This document shows, in pieces, positions 1 through 9,598 of a stretch of 45,763 nt of DNA (positions within the stretch are counted from its first letter, which is position 1; every line of letters starts with the position of its first letter). The DNA is taken from positions 1 to 45,763 of the forward strand of contig JBNKNM010000022.1 in NCBI GenBank assembly GCA_050293845.1, given 5' to 3'. The stretch is from Pseudobacteriovorax sp. Its GTDB lineage: Bacteria; Bdellovibrionota_B; Oligoflexia; Oligoflexales; Oligoflexaceae. Both the position numbers and the translations under genes were made by a program. Under the pieces are notes generated by a model that was given only the letters and a program-made list of their open reading frames with translations, was not told the origin of the DNA and ran no database searches.

Positions 1-1527
1 CTCATCTAGGATAATTAAATCAGGCTTTTTGACAAGGGCTCTAGCAAAAACAACTAGTTGTTTTTGACCCTGTGAAAGGTTACCACCATCCTCATTAATG
101 ATGTGATTATAACCATCTGGCAAGCTATTTACATAGTTATGTAGGCCAACTAGTTTAGCTGCTTCTTCTGCAGATTTACGATCTAGTCCTGGGAGATCAA
201 GAGTGATATTGAATAGGATACTGCCTTCAAATAAGACGATAGACTGAGGGACGATGGCTAAAGAACGACGCAGGCTTTCGCCGTCGATCGTTCTTAGATC
301 TTTGTCACCAAAGTGTATACTGCCTTCATAACGATCATAAAGCTTACTGATAAGTTTAATAATTGTCGACTTGCCTGATCCTGTGCGCCCCACAAGGGCT
401 AGAGATTGGCCGGTCTTCAGTTCAAAGGAAATGTCGTTTAATATCATCTGGCCATCTTTGTGGTAGCTAAAATTTAAGTGATCCACTTTGATGTCATGGT
501 TTAGTGACGAAATATTATTATCGCCTTCAATAAAATCCTTTTGATCAAGGATTCCAAATATTCTATCAAGAGAAGTGAATGCTCCTTGAAGCATGGCTAT
601 TTTATTCCCTAGTTGCTTGAGAGGCTCAAAGAGATTTTGGATATACTGTATAAAGGCAATCATGATACCCACAGTTAAAAGAGAGTTTTCTCCATAAATC
701 TGAGTCACTGCGAACCATAGGATAATGCCAATAGTTATGGATGATATACCGTCCAACAATGCGAATAAGGTGGCATCTATAACTACAGATTTCATCTGGG
801 CATTGCGATAGTCCGTCGATAATTTATCGAAATGCGCCTCGGCATGGTTTTCCGCTGTAAGTAACTTTATTGTAGTGCTTCCATAGAGGCATTCTTGGGT
901 AAAACCATTTAACGCAGCAATCTTAACCCGAGCAGCCAGCATCGTCTGCTTTAGAATTTTTGAAGCACGGGTCACGATCAACACCACAATGGGAAGAATC
1001 ATCAAAGCGCAAAGAGCAAGTTGCCAATTCAGTAAAAGTAGTCCAATTATGGCACCAATAAGAACAGAAATGTCGACTATCGAGTTCAGTACTCCCATAT
1101 TAAGAGCTTCACTTAAATTATCGAAATCACTAGTGGCCCTAGTGGTAAGGGCACCACTGAGATTGCGATCATGAAATCTGGCCGATAGCTTCATAATGTG
1201 GGCAACAAGATGATCGCGCATTCCTTGGATCATTTGATGAACTGATTTGGCCGCAGAAAGAGTTTGCACAGCACGAACGATATATTCAATTATAATGAGT
1301 CCCAAACCCGCAAGGCAGCCCCATAGCAACACCGATTCATCTTTTGCCATAATACCATTGTCGACAATCCATTTAATGAGTAGGGGCATGGAGGTTTGAG
1401 TCAGGGAGATAATTGGGATGAGTCCCGCAGCAATGAGAAGTAGTTTCTTATTTTTACGCAAGTATGGCCATAACCGTCTCAGTTCTTTGACATCAGACCA
1501 GATCGCGGTCGTTTTATTCTGGGCCAT
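1..1527 (-). CDS. ABC exporter, fused TMD-NBD (MdlB/YheH-like); 3' end runs off the window
   Basis: Not in the ORF track. Hand translation from ATG 1527 (GAGGA upstream) gives MAQNKTTAIWSDVKELRRLWPYL..., Walker A GRTGSGKS, signature LSQGQKQ and Walker B LIILDE at positions 18-1. Overlaps the end of the upstream ABC gene. Confidence 0.9.
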   Translation of the reverse strand, partial: MAQNKTTAIWSDVKELRRLWPYLRKNKKLLLIAAGLIPIISLTQTSMPLLIKWIVDNGIMAKDESVLLWGCLAGLGLIIIEYIVRAVQTLSAAKSVHQMIQGMRDHLVAHIMKLSARFHDRNLSGALTTRATSDFDNLSEALNMGVLNSIVDISVLIGAIIGLLLLNWQLALCALMILPIVVLIVTRASKILKQTMLAARVKIAALNGFTQECLYGSTTIKLLTAENHAEAHFDKLSTDYRNAQMKSVVIDATLFALLDGISSITIGIILWFAVTQIYGENSLLTVGIMIAFIQYIQNLFEPLKQLGNKIAMLQGAFTSLDRIFGILDQKDFIEGDNNISSLNHDIKVDHLNFSYHKDGQMILNDISFELKTGQSLALVGRTGSGKSTIIKLISKLYDRYEGSIHFGDKDLRTIDGESLRRSLAIVPQSIVLFEGSILFNITLDLPGLDRKSAEEAAKLVGLHNYVNSLPDGYNHIINEDGGNLSQGQKQLVVFARALVKKPDLIILDE

Positions 1528-3229
1528 CTGCTAAGTCCTCCTTGATGTGAGGATGTCTCCGCGCGAGATCTGAAAAATTTCCTTGATCAATAATCTTTCC
1601 TTGTTGCAACAGCAGTACTTGAGAGCAGGCTTTCAAAACGGAGGTGCGGTGTGACGCTACAATGGTTGTAATGTTGTTACTGTCAATGAATTGAGTGAGC
1701 TTTAGTTCCGTACGATTATCAACTGCTGATAATACATCATCGAGCAACAGTAGGTCTGGGTGACGAATAAATAGTCGCGCCAAGGCCAAGCGCTGTTTTT
1801 GACCACCTGATAGACGAACTCCCTTTTCTCCAATTTGGGTATCCCAACCCTTTGTGAACTGCTGAATATCATCCAAAATCTCGGCATTCTTAGCGGCCAG
1901 CTCTAGTTGAGAGGCTGAGGGAGCGGGGTCGATTCCGAAACTAAGATTGTCTGCTATGGAATTAGAGAAAAGCTGGGCATTTTGCATCCCATAGCCAATT
2001 TCCTGACGCAGTTGCTGAGGCTTAATGGATCTAACATCCTCACCTTTCCAAAAAATTGTCCCCTTAGGAGGTTCGAGGATGCGGGTTATCAATTTGAAAA
2101 TGGTGGTTTTTCCGGAACCGATAGAGCCACAAATACCAATTTTCTGACCTTTTTTGATATTCAGGTTAAAATCTTCAAGCACGTAATCCTTGTCATCAAA
2201 ACTAAAACTGAGATTTTGGATAGCTAACAAGTATTCGTTGGAGCTTTTCCTGTTTGTTTGCTCGATCCCCTGTGGAATCTCCTTATCAATGGGACTCAAA
2301 CGCTCGAGGGCTGTTTTTGATCGCTGATAAATGGACAAAACGATACCTAGAGATGTCAGGGGAAAGGCGAGATAACTTAAATAAATATTGAATGCCAAAA
2401 GATCACCAGCAGTCACCAGTCCTTTAAAAACCTGAAGCCCCCCGAAGCCAATAACAGCTAATTGTGATACTGATGTTAAACTGATCAATAGAGGGAAGAA
2501 TAATGTGCGGAATTTAATCAGGGTCATATTTGTTCGGTATACGTCGGTATTTTCTTTGTGAATTTTCCGCTGGAAAGCGGTTTCAGCGGCATTGGCTTGG
2601 ATCACATGAATATGACTAAACGCTTCTGTAACCTTATCAGTGAGACGGCCGATGGCCTCTTGGTTGAGCTTGGAAAACCTCGCCAGTTTGGGCATAACAA
2701 ACTGGGTCATGATTATCATAAAAAAAATGGGAGTGAGACAGAGAAACGTTAGAGTCACATGCACACTCAGCATTTTATAAATAGTAAAGATAGCTAAAAA
2801 GCTTAGATTGAGGACTTGCAGAATCGCAAATGCAAAGAAGACTCGCACCTGACTCAAGTCGTTGGACAGACGTGAAATAAGATCACCCATTCCAAATGAG
2901 TCGATGAACTTTTGTGACAAGCTTAGTGTTTTACTAAATAAAACCAATTTTGAACTAGCTTCAAGCTTGCGACCAGGCCAAAATATAAGTATACGCGACA
3001 GGCTACGGCATACAATTTGGAGTAATCCCAGCAGGATAATTATTGTGCTAATCTTTTCCAATTCGCTTTGGCTGCGAGAGTGAATGTCCAATTCATTGAC
3101 TATTTCCTTAGCCAGTTGCGGAATCTCTAAAGTAATGAGATTAGTTGCTGCCAGGAAAATAGCACCGACAAGGTACCATCTCCAAAGTGGTAATGCAAAT
3201 CGTCGTGCAAAATGACTAATTGTGAGCAT
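1514..3229 (-). CDS. ABC exporter, fused TMD-NBD (MdlA/YheI-like), probable heterodimer partner of the downstream gene
   Basis: N-terminal TM helices, GSIGSGKT, LSGGQKQR, Walker B LLLLDD (Asp in place of catalytic Glu, typical of the degenerate subunit of heterodimeric exporters). Confidence 0.92.
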   Translation of the reverse strand: MLTISHFARRFALPLWRWYLVGAIFLAATNLITLEIPQLAKEIVNELDIHSRSQSELEKISTIIILLGLLQIVCRSLSRILIFWPGRKLEASSKLVLFSKTLSLSQKFIDSFGMGDLISRLSNDLSQVRVFFAFAILQVLNLSFLAIFTIYKMLSVHVTLTFLCLTPIFFMIIMTQFVMPKLARFSKLNQEAIGRLTDKVTEAFSHIHVIQANAAETAFQRKIHKENTDVYRTNMTLIKFRTLFFPLLISLTSVSQLAVIGFGGLQVFKGLVTAGDLLAFNIYLSYLAFPLTSLGIVLSIYQRSKTALERLSPIDKEIPQGIEQTNRKSSNEYLLAIQNLSFSFDDKDYVLEDFNLNIKKGQKIGICGSIGSGKTTIFKLITRILEPPKGTIFWKGEDVRSIKPQQLRQEIGYGMQNAQLFSNSIADNLSFGIDPAPSASQLELAAKNAEILDDIQQFTKGWDTQIGEKGVRLSGGQKQRLALARLFIRHPDLLLLDDVLSAVDNRTELKLTQFIDSNNITTIVASHRTSVLKACSQVLLLQQGKIIDQGNFSDLARRHPHIKEDLADGPE

Positions 3230-3232
3230 ATG

Positions 3233-3955
3233 TTACGTTCCAAAATAAAAAGCTTGTTCAATCGTGTTGATGCGTTCCATAAAGCTCTGGGATTGCCAGT
3301 TTTCTAGCTCTCGTAGTTGCCCTGATATCAAAGTATAGACGGAGTTGCTTAGGTTGGCTATGTAGGGAGCAATATGGGTGCACAGGATTGTTGGTTTTCC
3401 CTCAGTCTTTCTTTTTTTGATAATGTCATTCAGGGCCTTAATATGGTAGAGGTCGAGTCCCGAAAAAGGCTCGTCCAGAATTAACAACGCTGGGGAATGG
3501 ATGTTTGCCAAACCCAAGGCCACTCTTTTTTTCATCCCATGGGAGCAAGTCCCAATGGGTTTATGGGCAAATGATAAACAGTCCCAATACTCCAATACTT
3601 CATGAACCAATTTAGTTTGGTCTTGCAGACCGTACAGGGAGCTTGCATAGGATAGTAATTCGTAGGCACAAACCCACTTAGGTAGTTCTAAGTTTTGTGG
3701 CAAATAACCCACCTGTCGCTTAAGGTAAAAGTTATCCAGTCTCATGGCTTGCTGAAGGATCTGCACTTCCCCCCTTTGGGGCTTGAGGTTGCCTGTGAGT
3801 ATCTGGAAAAAGGTAGACTTTCCCGCTCCATTTTGGCCCATGATTCCGATGCATTGACCGGCTGATATCTGAAGATCTATAGGACCAAGTTTAAACTGGG
3901 TGCCAGAAAAACTATGTTCGAGCTGACGAACTGTGAGCAGCGAATTTGAACTCAT
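3233..3955 (-). CDS. ABC transporter ATP-binding protein (ABC-2/EcsA-like)
   Basis: GQNGAGKS, CSHGMKKR signature variant, LILDEPFSGLD, H-loop CTH. Confidence 0.9.
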   Translation of the reverse strand: MSSNSLLTVRQLEHSFSGTQFKLGPIDLQISAGQCIGIMGQNGAGKSTFFQILTGNLKPQRGEVQILQQAMRLDNFYLKRQVGYLPQNLELPKWVCAYELLSYASSLYGLQDQTKLVHEVLEYWDCLSFAHKPIGTCSHGMKKRVALGLANIHSPALLILDEPFSGLDLYHIKALNDIIKKRKTEGKPTILCTHIAPYIANLSNSVYTLISGQLRELENWQSQSFMERINTIEQAFYFGT

Positions 3956-3983
3956 TTATTCACTCCAAATTTACGCATATGGG

Positions 3984-5114
3984 CTAAGACTTGTAGTAAT
4001 TGCCTTTTTGGTATTTCATTCCGTAAACAATCAAAACTGGAATTAAGAGCGCAGTCCCTCCATGAGCAAATATCCCAGTGCCAAGGAACAAGCAAACAAA
4101 GAAGCTGATAAAGAATTGAATAATGGGTCGGCTAGGGTCAACCTGGAACATGAGAGGAGCTACAGCAATAGGTCCAAGGCTAGTGATGAGGCTGATTTTT
4201 AAAGCTCCCCATATGAGACTTTGTTGATTCGTTAAATCGGCAACAACTAGGTAGGTACAGCCAGCCACCACTCCTAATACCCCCCCTAATAAAATCCCTA
4301 AAAGAAGATAAGCCATACAAAATTGATCTTGAGAAATTCCTAAATTTTGTTCTAGCCAAATATGATTCATATCCTCTTGCAGCTGGAAAGTGATAGCTCC
4401 TGCTATGGCTAAACTCCCTATTATGGATAATAAAACAATGGTGGCATAGGGGAGATCGCCTATGCAGGCTACCGTTAAACATAGGTATGAAAATAGCCAT
4501 AGTATCAAGCATAATTGAGATAGGCGGTGTCTAAACAAGATTTGTACAAGCCGCCACTTAGTAAGAATTCGGATAGAATATTCATGACGATAGGAAAACT
4601 GATGATAAAGAGGTTGATTGTCTGACCTCCGTTTGATAAGCAGTCCCAACAACGTGAAGCCACTTAATAATAGTTGTGAGCTAGCGATCTCTATCCAAGA
4701 AAACTGATGAATGTAGATTGCGATCAAGGTATGACACACTCCAAACCCGATAATCTGGGATGTGATATATTTTAATACTCTAAATGTGCGAATAGTGGCG
4801 GTATGCTCGCCTAGCCTTTTTGAAATATTCTCAAGTGATTCAAATTCATATAGCCAATTATTGTAGAGACGAGAAAGATACAAAGCGACTAATATGAGTA
4901 CAAAGTAGCTAAAGCCAATGGCAAAGGAGCGTTGAATCTCATCCGTGAATGAAGCTAATTTGACATTGATAAAATCTTGGAATATATATCCAAATAGTGA
5001 AAAAAGGACGATGGAACTAACAGCAACAACCAGTTCTCGCATAAGATCATAGCGAACACGGCTGGCTAAGGAAGACATGTACATCCTAAAAAGCATGGTG
5101 CTACGGAAATTCAT
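3984..5114 (-). CDS. Polytopic membrane protein, probable ABC permease for the adjacent ATPase
   Basis: About 10 hydrophobic segments; first gene of the ABC operon. Confidence 0.65.
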   Translation of the reverse strand: MNFRSTMLFRMYMSSLASRVRYDLMRELVVAVSSIVLFSLFGYIFQDFINVKLASFTDEIQRSFAIGFSYFVLILVALYLSRLYNNWLYEFESLENISKRLGEHTATIRTFRVLKYITSQIIGFGVCHTLIAIYIHQFSWIEIASSQLLLSGFTLLGLLIKRRSDNQPLYHQFSYRHEYSIRILTKWRLVQILFRHRLSQLCLILWLFSYLCLTVACIGDLPYATIVLLSIIGSLAIAGAITFQLQEDMNHIWLEQNLGISQDQFCMAYLLLGILLGGVLGVVAGCTYLVVADLTNQQSLIWGALKISLITSLGPIAVAPLMFQVDPSRPIIQFFISFFVCLFLGTGIFAHGGTALLIPVLIVYGMKYQKGNYYKS

Positions 5115-5189
5115 AGATGGACTTGCTCCAAAAGCGAAGATTCGAATTTGGTGTATTGAGAAAAGTAGTAATTAGAAAAGTAACAGAGA

Positions 5190-5218
5190 AAGCTATAATT
5201 AGTACAACAAATTGTCAA
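5190..5218 (-). promoter_or_regulatory. sigma70-like promoter for the ABC operon
   Basis: TTGACA-N17-TAGCTT on the minus strand, about 75 nt upstream of ATG 5114. Confidence 0.5.
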
Positions 5219-5244
5219 TACTTAAAAAGTGGAAAGAGAAGTAG

Positions 5245-5271
5245 GAAGGAGGGCTCCAGCCCACCTTTTTT
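5245..5271. terminator. Probable intrinsic terminator after the H1-like gene
   Basis: Imperfect hairpin AAGGAGGGCT-CC-AGCCCACCTT, with a T-tract on + and a pyrimidine tract on -. Confidence 0.45.
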
Positions 5272-5280
5272 GCAATAGAC

Positions 5281-5685
5281 TTATGCTTCAACAACCACTT
5301 TCTTTCGTCCAGCTCTTTTCTTTGTGGACGCCTTTTTTGTCGTTTTTCTCTTTGATGCTGCTTTCTTTTTCGTCGTTTTTTTCTTGGCAGCTACCTTGCG
5401 AGTGGATTTTTTTGTCTTTTTCTTCTTAGATACAGCTTTTTTGCTGGTTTTCTTTTTAGCAGCAGTTTTTTTCTTTGCTTTCGCTTTTTTCGCGGTTTTC
5501 TTTTTAGCAACGGTCTTTTTCTTTTTAGCAGCAGTCTTTTTCTTTTTCACAGCAGTTTTTTTCTTCGCAGAGACTTTGCGGGTGGCTTTCTTTTTAGCTG
5601 TAGTTTTTTTTGCTGCTCTCTTTTTCGTTGCTTTCTTTTTAGCCGTGGTTCTTTTACTAGCTTTTTTCTTCTTGGTTGCTTTCAA
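5281..5685 (-). CDS. Histone H1-like Lys/Ala/Thr-rich basic protein (HC2/AlgP-like)
   Basis: TTG start with strong AGGAGG SD; repeated KKKA/KKTA/AAKK motifs over the whole length, nearly half Lys. Confidence 0.85.
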   Translation of the reverse strand: MKATKKKKASKRTTAKKKATKKRAAKKTTAKKKATRKVSAKKKTAVKKKKTAAKKKKTVAKKKTAKKAKAKKKTAAKKKTSKKAVSKKKKTKKSTRKVAAKKKTTKKKAASKRKTTKKASTKKRAGRKKVVVEA

Positions 5686-5837
5686 GGCTTCCTCCTAACA
5701 TACAATCAGTAAATTATGCTTTTCGCAATAATAGTGTTACCCAAAAAAATTTTTTAATTCAATCTTTTAGATAAATTTTTTTAAAAAAAAGTTGATAATT
5801 TGTATCAAAGCACCTGAGGAAGGAGAAATTTTTGTAG

Positions 5838-5865
5838 AATAAAACGGCAACCACGGATGGTTGTC
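5838..5865 (-). terminator. Intrinsic terminator of the PilZ gene
   Basis: GACAACCA-TCCG-TGGTTGCC followed by GTTTTATT, immediately after the stop. Confidence 0.65.
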
Positions 5866-5868
5866 TAA

Positions 5869-6198
5869 CTATTTGAGGCACCCAGAATCAACGAAAATAT
5901 CCTCCAAGTTGATAGTGGAATCAAGCAATTTTAAACCGTATCGGTATAAATTATGTTTCCCGAAATCTGGTCTGGTATAGGTAATGGCTAACTCAATCTC
6001 TAAGTTGTGTGTTTTCAAAATTAAATTTTGCTCTGTGTTGAGCAATGATTCAGAGATAATCCCCAACCCATCTGTACTGATGTCTACGGGCTTGCATTTT
6101 AATTTTTCCCCGGAAGCATCGATAATGGGACCCGGTAAGAGTCCTGTGAGCATTTTGCGAGGCTTGAATCTCTTTTCAAATAGTCTTGATGACTCCAT
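5869..6198 (-). CDS. Stand-alone PilZ-domain protein (c-di-GMP receptor)
   Basis: RxxxR (KRFKPR) and DxSxxG (DISTDG) motifs. ATG 6198 is preferred over TTG 6246 because it has a GGAG SD and lies downstream of the sigma28-like site. Confidence 0.8.
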   Translation of the reverse strand: MESSRLFEKRFKPRKMLTGLLPGPIIDASGEKLKCKPVDISTDGLGIISESLLNTEQNLILKTHNLEIELAITYTRPDFGKHNLYRYGLKLLDSTINLEDIFVDSGCLK

Positions 6199-6235
6199 TT
6201 TGTCTCCATTTCGGATGCTGAAAGGCATAGTTTGA

Positions 6236-6262
6236 AAATCGGACAACTAAGCTTCAGCTTGA
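6236..6262 (-). promoter_or_regulatory. sigma28 (FliA)-like promoter for the PilZ gene
   Basis: TCAA-N15-TCCGATTT versus consensus TAAA-N15-GCCGATAA. Confidence 0.45.
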
Positions 6263-6425
6263 GAACTTTTTGAAAAGCTAATTTAAACAATAGGATAGAG
6301 GCCCCCATTAAATTGAGAAAAAGCCCCCTAAAAATGAAAAACAGCATCTGAGGCCCGAATTTTTTCATCTGCCAGCTATTTGTTGTAAAATATACAGCAA
6401 AGAGACTAACGAGGAGGCAGTTCAC

Positions 6426-7304
6426 ATGCTTGCTATTTTTCCTGAACTTGCTGCTGTTGCAGCAAATCAAGATATTGAAACTCTGGCATGTCTTGTAAGA
6501 AGGTACTTCGGAGGCGAGCAAACTTTTTCGCCTAAAATAGATATGCAAGCATTAGCTTGCAATGTAGGGATTAAGATTTCTTCAATTACTATAGAAGATT
6601 ATGGAGCGATTGCTGCAAAGGATCAGTCAGGTAGTTTTGTGGTAGATATAGTACTTGCAGAACTTGCTGATGGGGATCGTCAGGAGCGTAATTTTCTGAT
6701 CGCTCATATGTTGGGTCACTACTTTCTCCATATCCAGCCATTTTTACTAAGAGGAGAGTGGTCAAACACAGGATTTAAGGAAGAATATCGTCCCTTATTA
6801 CGCTACCAACAAGATTCCTACTCCCTTCATCAAAATCAAGAGTTAATGTGGGAACAAGAAGCTGATAGATTTGCAGCAGCCATTCTGTTACCAAAGTCTC
6901 TGCTTCTTAGGGCGAAGAAAAAACTATCAAGAATTGAAACAATTGCTCAATTTTTTAATGTATCCATTTTATTTTTGGAGCGACGCCTAGAAGAAATATC
7001 CACTGAAAAGAAACAGCCTCGAAGTTTCATGGAGGCTGAACACTTTACTCAAGAAAGCGAATCCAAAAAGCAATTATCCTTGGAACCCCAAAAGATCAAT
7101 CCTCCTAATGATCCGGATAATATTTCTAGAGCTAAGCGTAGCATCGGTCAAAGCTCCTATCGGAAAAATGCTGAAACTTCGACTCCATCTCAAGGTGAGA
7201 ATGTGCCTCTACCTGCCTCTAAAAGCAAAAATCCACTTGAACAAAGCCTAAAAAGGTTTCGAGAGCTTGCTAATCGTCTCGATAGCTCTGTGGATGTGAA
7301 ATAG
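6426..7304 (+). CDS. ImmA/IrrE (peptidase M78)-family protein with HMxxH in place of HExxH and a disordered C-terminal tail
   Basis: ERNFLIAHMLGHYFLH, EQEADRFAAAILLP and HTH-like IAQFFNVS; GAGGAGG SD. Confidence 0.8.
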   Translation: MLAIFPELAAVAANQDIETLACLVRRYFGGEQTFSPKIDMQALACNVGIKISSITIEDYGAIAAKDQSGSFVVDIVLAELADGDRQERNFLIAHMLGHYFLHIQPFLLRGEWSNTGFKEEYRPLLRYQQDSYSLHQNQELMWEQEADRFAAAILLPKSLLLRAKKKLSRIETIAQFFNVSILFLERRLEEISTEKKQPRSFMEAEHFTQESESKKQLSLEPQKINPPNDPDNISRAKRSIGQSSYRKNAETSTPSQGENVPLPASKSKNPLEQSLKRFRELANRLDSSVDVK

Positions 7305-7349
7305 CCTACAGCAGTCAGTTGCAAAAACAATCTAAAGCCTATAGAAAGG

Positions 7350-7375
7350 TGACAATGTTGACATTCTAAATGTCA
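7350..7375. promoter_or_regulatory. Inverted-repeat operator candidate upstream of acetoacetate-CoA ligase
   Basis: TGACATT-CTA-AATGTCA (7359-7375) plus an extra TGACA half-site at 7350; overlaps a TTGACA hexamer. Confidence 0.4.
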
Positions 7376-7405
7376 TTAGGACACACTTTTGAAAGGGCGT
7401 TGTGT

Positions 7406-9379
7406 ATGTATGATTCTGAGCCTGTCTGGACTCCTCATGCAAAGGATTTACAGAATTCTCAAATGTCTGCGTTTATAAGATATGTGAATGAACAAGATGC
7501 GCTTGATTTAGAAGACTACTGGGATCTTTATGAATGGTCAATCCAAAGAAACTTAGATTTTTGGCAATCTTTATCGCAATTTCTATCCATTAGCTGGCAT
7601 CAGCAGCCGATAGATGTATATACGGCAGGTGAAAATAAAGGGTTGCGGGGTGGTACTTGGTTTCCCCAGGGAACTCTTAACTATGCCGAGCATCTTTTAG
7701 AAGGGGATTCTAGCGATGCTTTAATCACTACGGTTTGCGAGGGACGAGAAACGCAAACTTGGTCGCGTACCGATTTAAGGGTGGCTGTTGCCGCCTGCGC
7801 CGATTTTTTAATAAAGCAAGGAATCACTAAGGGAGATCGGGTTGCCGGTGTGGTTCCTAATACTATAGAAGCTATGATCGCCATGCTAGCTACAGCTTCC
7901 GTGGGGGCCATATGGTCGTCCTGTTCCCCTGACTTTGGTTTGCGGGGGATCTTAGATCGTTTTACACAGATAGAACCGAAAGTTCTTTTTTATACAGCTG
8001 GGTACCAGTATAACGGAAAAAAAGTTTCTTGTCTGGATACCTTGAATGAACTCATTACTTGCATGGACTCGTTGGAAGCTGTGGCGATTATAGGAAGTGA
8101 TAGGGTTCCAGAGGCTATCACTCTAGGACGGTTGACTGTACCATTTAGTGAAATTCTGTCGAAATCCATAATACCTGATTTGCAATATGTGCCAGTGTCC
8201 TTCTCCGATCCTCTTTATATCATGTTTTCTTCAGGCACAACGGGAGTTCCTAAATGCATCGTTCACAGTGTTGGTGGCACTCTTCTGCAGCATCTGAAAG
8301 AATTAGTGCTGCATTGTGATGTTAAAAAAGGTAAAAGACTTATGTATTTTACTACATGCGGTTGGATGATGTGGAATTGGATGGCCTCTGCTTTGGCATC
8401 GGGTGGAGAGCTAGTTCTGTTTGAAGGTAGTCCTAGTTATCCTGATATTTCACGATTATGGCAGGTTGTAGAGAAGCAGCAGGTCAATATTTTTGGAACT
8501 AGTCCTAAATTCTTGGCTGCTTGCGACAAGGCTGGATTAATACCAAAAGAATACCTAGCCAGCCATGGCTTGGAGAAGATCCTCTCGACAGGGGCTCCAC
8601 TTTTACCAGAACAGTTTGATTGGGTAGCTGAGAATGTCGGTAGAGATATTCAATTATGCTCCATCAGTGGGGGTACCGATATTATTTCTTGCTTTATGTT
8701 AGGGGTGCCGACCCTACCGGTCTACCGCGGTGAGATCCAAGCTCCAGGGTTAGGTATGGCTATAGAGAGCTGGAAAGATGGGAAACCGGTTGAGTTGGAA
8801 AAAGGCGAGTTAGTATGTACTAAGCCATTTCCCTCAATGCCAGTTGGTTTTTGGAATGACCCCCATCAGGAGAAGTATCACCAAGCCTACTTTGCATTTT
8901 ATCCTGATCACGATGTTTGGCACCACGGGGACTTCATTTCAATTACAGAGCGTCGAGGGATAATAGTTTATGGTCGATCCGATGCTACCCTTAATCCTGG
9001 AGGCATTCGCATTGGAACAGCTGAGATCTATAGAGTGATTGAGCAGTTAAGTCCCATCCAGGATTCTTTAGCAGTTGCTCGCCAGGTTGACGGTGATTCG
9101 GAAATCGTGCTGTTTATAAAAGCGGCAGAAGTTGATTTTGATGAAGAACTTGTGCAAAAAATACGAACCATCGTCCGAGAACAGTTAACGCCAAGGCACC
9201 TTCCCAAGCATATTTTTAGGGTTTCCGATATTCCATACACCAGAAGTGGTAAGAAACTTGAGCTTGTTGTCACTAAAATACTTGCTGACGAAACGGTTGT
9301 TAATGAGTCCTCTATCGCTAATGCGAGTTGTCTCAACGAATATCGCCATATCGTAGCCAGCTATTTTACTGACCGTTAA
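7406..9379 (+). CDS. Acetoacetate--CoA ligase (acetoacetyl-CoA synthetase)
   Basis: YIMFSSGTTGVPKCIVH, FTTCGWMMWNW, SISGGTDIISCF, GRSDATLNPGGIRIGTAEIY. ATG 7406 (GAAAGGG upstream) is preferred over 7370. Confidence 0.95.
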   Translation: MYDSEPVWTPHAKDLQNSQMSAFIRYVNEQDALDLEDYWDLYEWSIQRNLDFWQSLSQFLSISWHQQPIDVYTAGENKGLRGGTWFPQGTLNYAEHLLEGDSSDALITTVCEGRETQTWSRTDLRVAVAACADFLIKQGITKGDRVAGVVPNTIEAMIAMLATASVGAIWSSCSPDFGLRGILDRFTQIEPKVLFYTAGYQYNGKKVSCLDTLNELITCMDSLEAVAIIGSDRVPEAITLGRLTVPFSEILSKSIIPDLQYVPVSFSDPLYIMFSSGTTGVPKCIVHSVGGTLLQHLKELVLHCDVKKGKRLMYFTTCGWMMWNWMASALASGGELVLFEGSPSYPDISRLWQVVEKQQVNIFGTSPKFLAACDKAGLIPKEYLASHGLEKILSTGAPLLPEQFDWVAENVGRDIQLCSISGGTDIISCFMLGVPTLPVYRGEIQAPGLGMAIESWKDGKPVELEKGELVCTKPFPSMPVGFWNDPHQEKYHQAYFAFYPDHDVWHHGDFISITERRGIIVYGRSDATLNPGGIRIGTAEIYRVIEQLSPIQDSLAVARQVDGDSEIVLFIKAAEVDFDEELVQKIRTIVREQLTPRHLPKHIFRVSDIPYTRSGKKLELVVTKILADETVVNESSIANASCLNEYRHIVASYFTDR

Positions 9380-9598
9380 GAGGTAGCAATGTGTCCTTTA
9401 GCGATTCAGTAAGAATTATTAATAGCGGCTCGGCTCGTAATTCACATACACAGGTGTCGTCGACGGATGTTATGAGTTAAAAAAAGAGAATGCTAGGTTA
9501 TTTTTTTCTCGCTGAAATCTTGATTTTTATAGTTAGCATAACGTAATTTATAGGATATAAAACATTATGTTTTTATCCACGAAAGAGGTTTAGATTTT

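Noticed and set aside
1514..3229. Walker B ends DD instead of DE
   Set aside because: This is the standard degenerate site of heterodimeric ABC exporters.
5281..5685. Apparent tandem DNA repeats or CRISPR-like periodicity
   Set aside because: Explained by low-complexity protein coding; there are no identical repeats with unique spacers.
5324..5698. 124-aa Phe-rich ORF on +, and similarly 9565-9834 on -
   Set aside because: Antisense shadows of Lys-codon-rich genes (AAA/AAG read as TTT/CTT); the SD supports the opposite strand.
6099..6548. 149-aa minus-strand ORF
   Set aside because: Overlaps two better-supported genes and their promoter region, with no recognisable motif.
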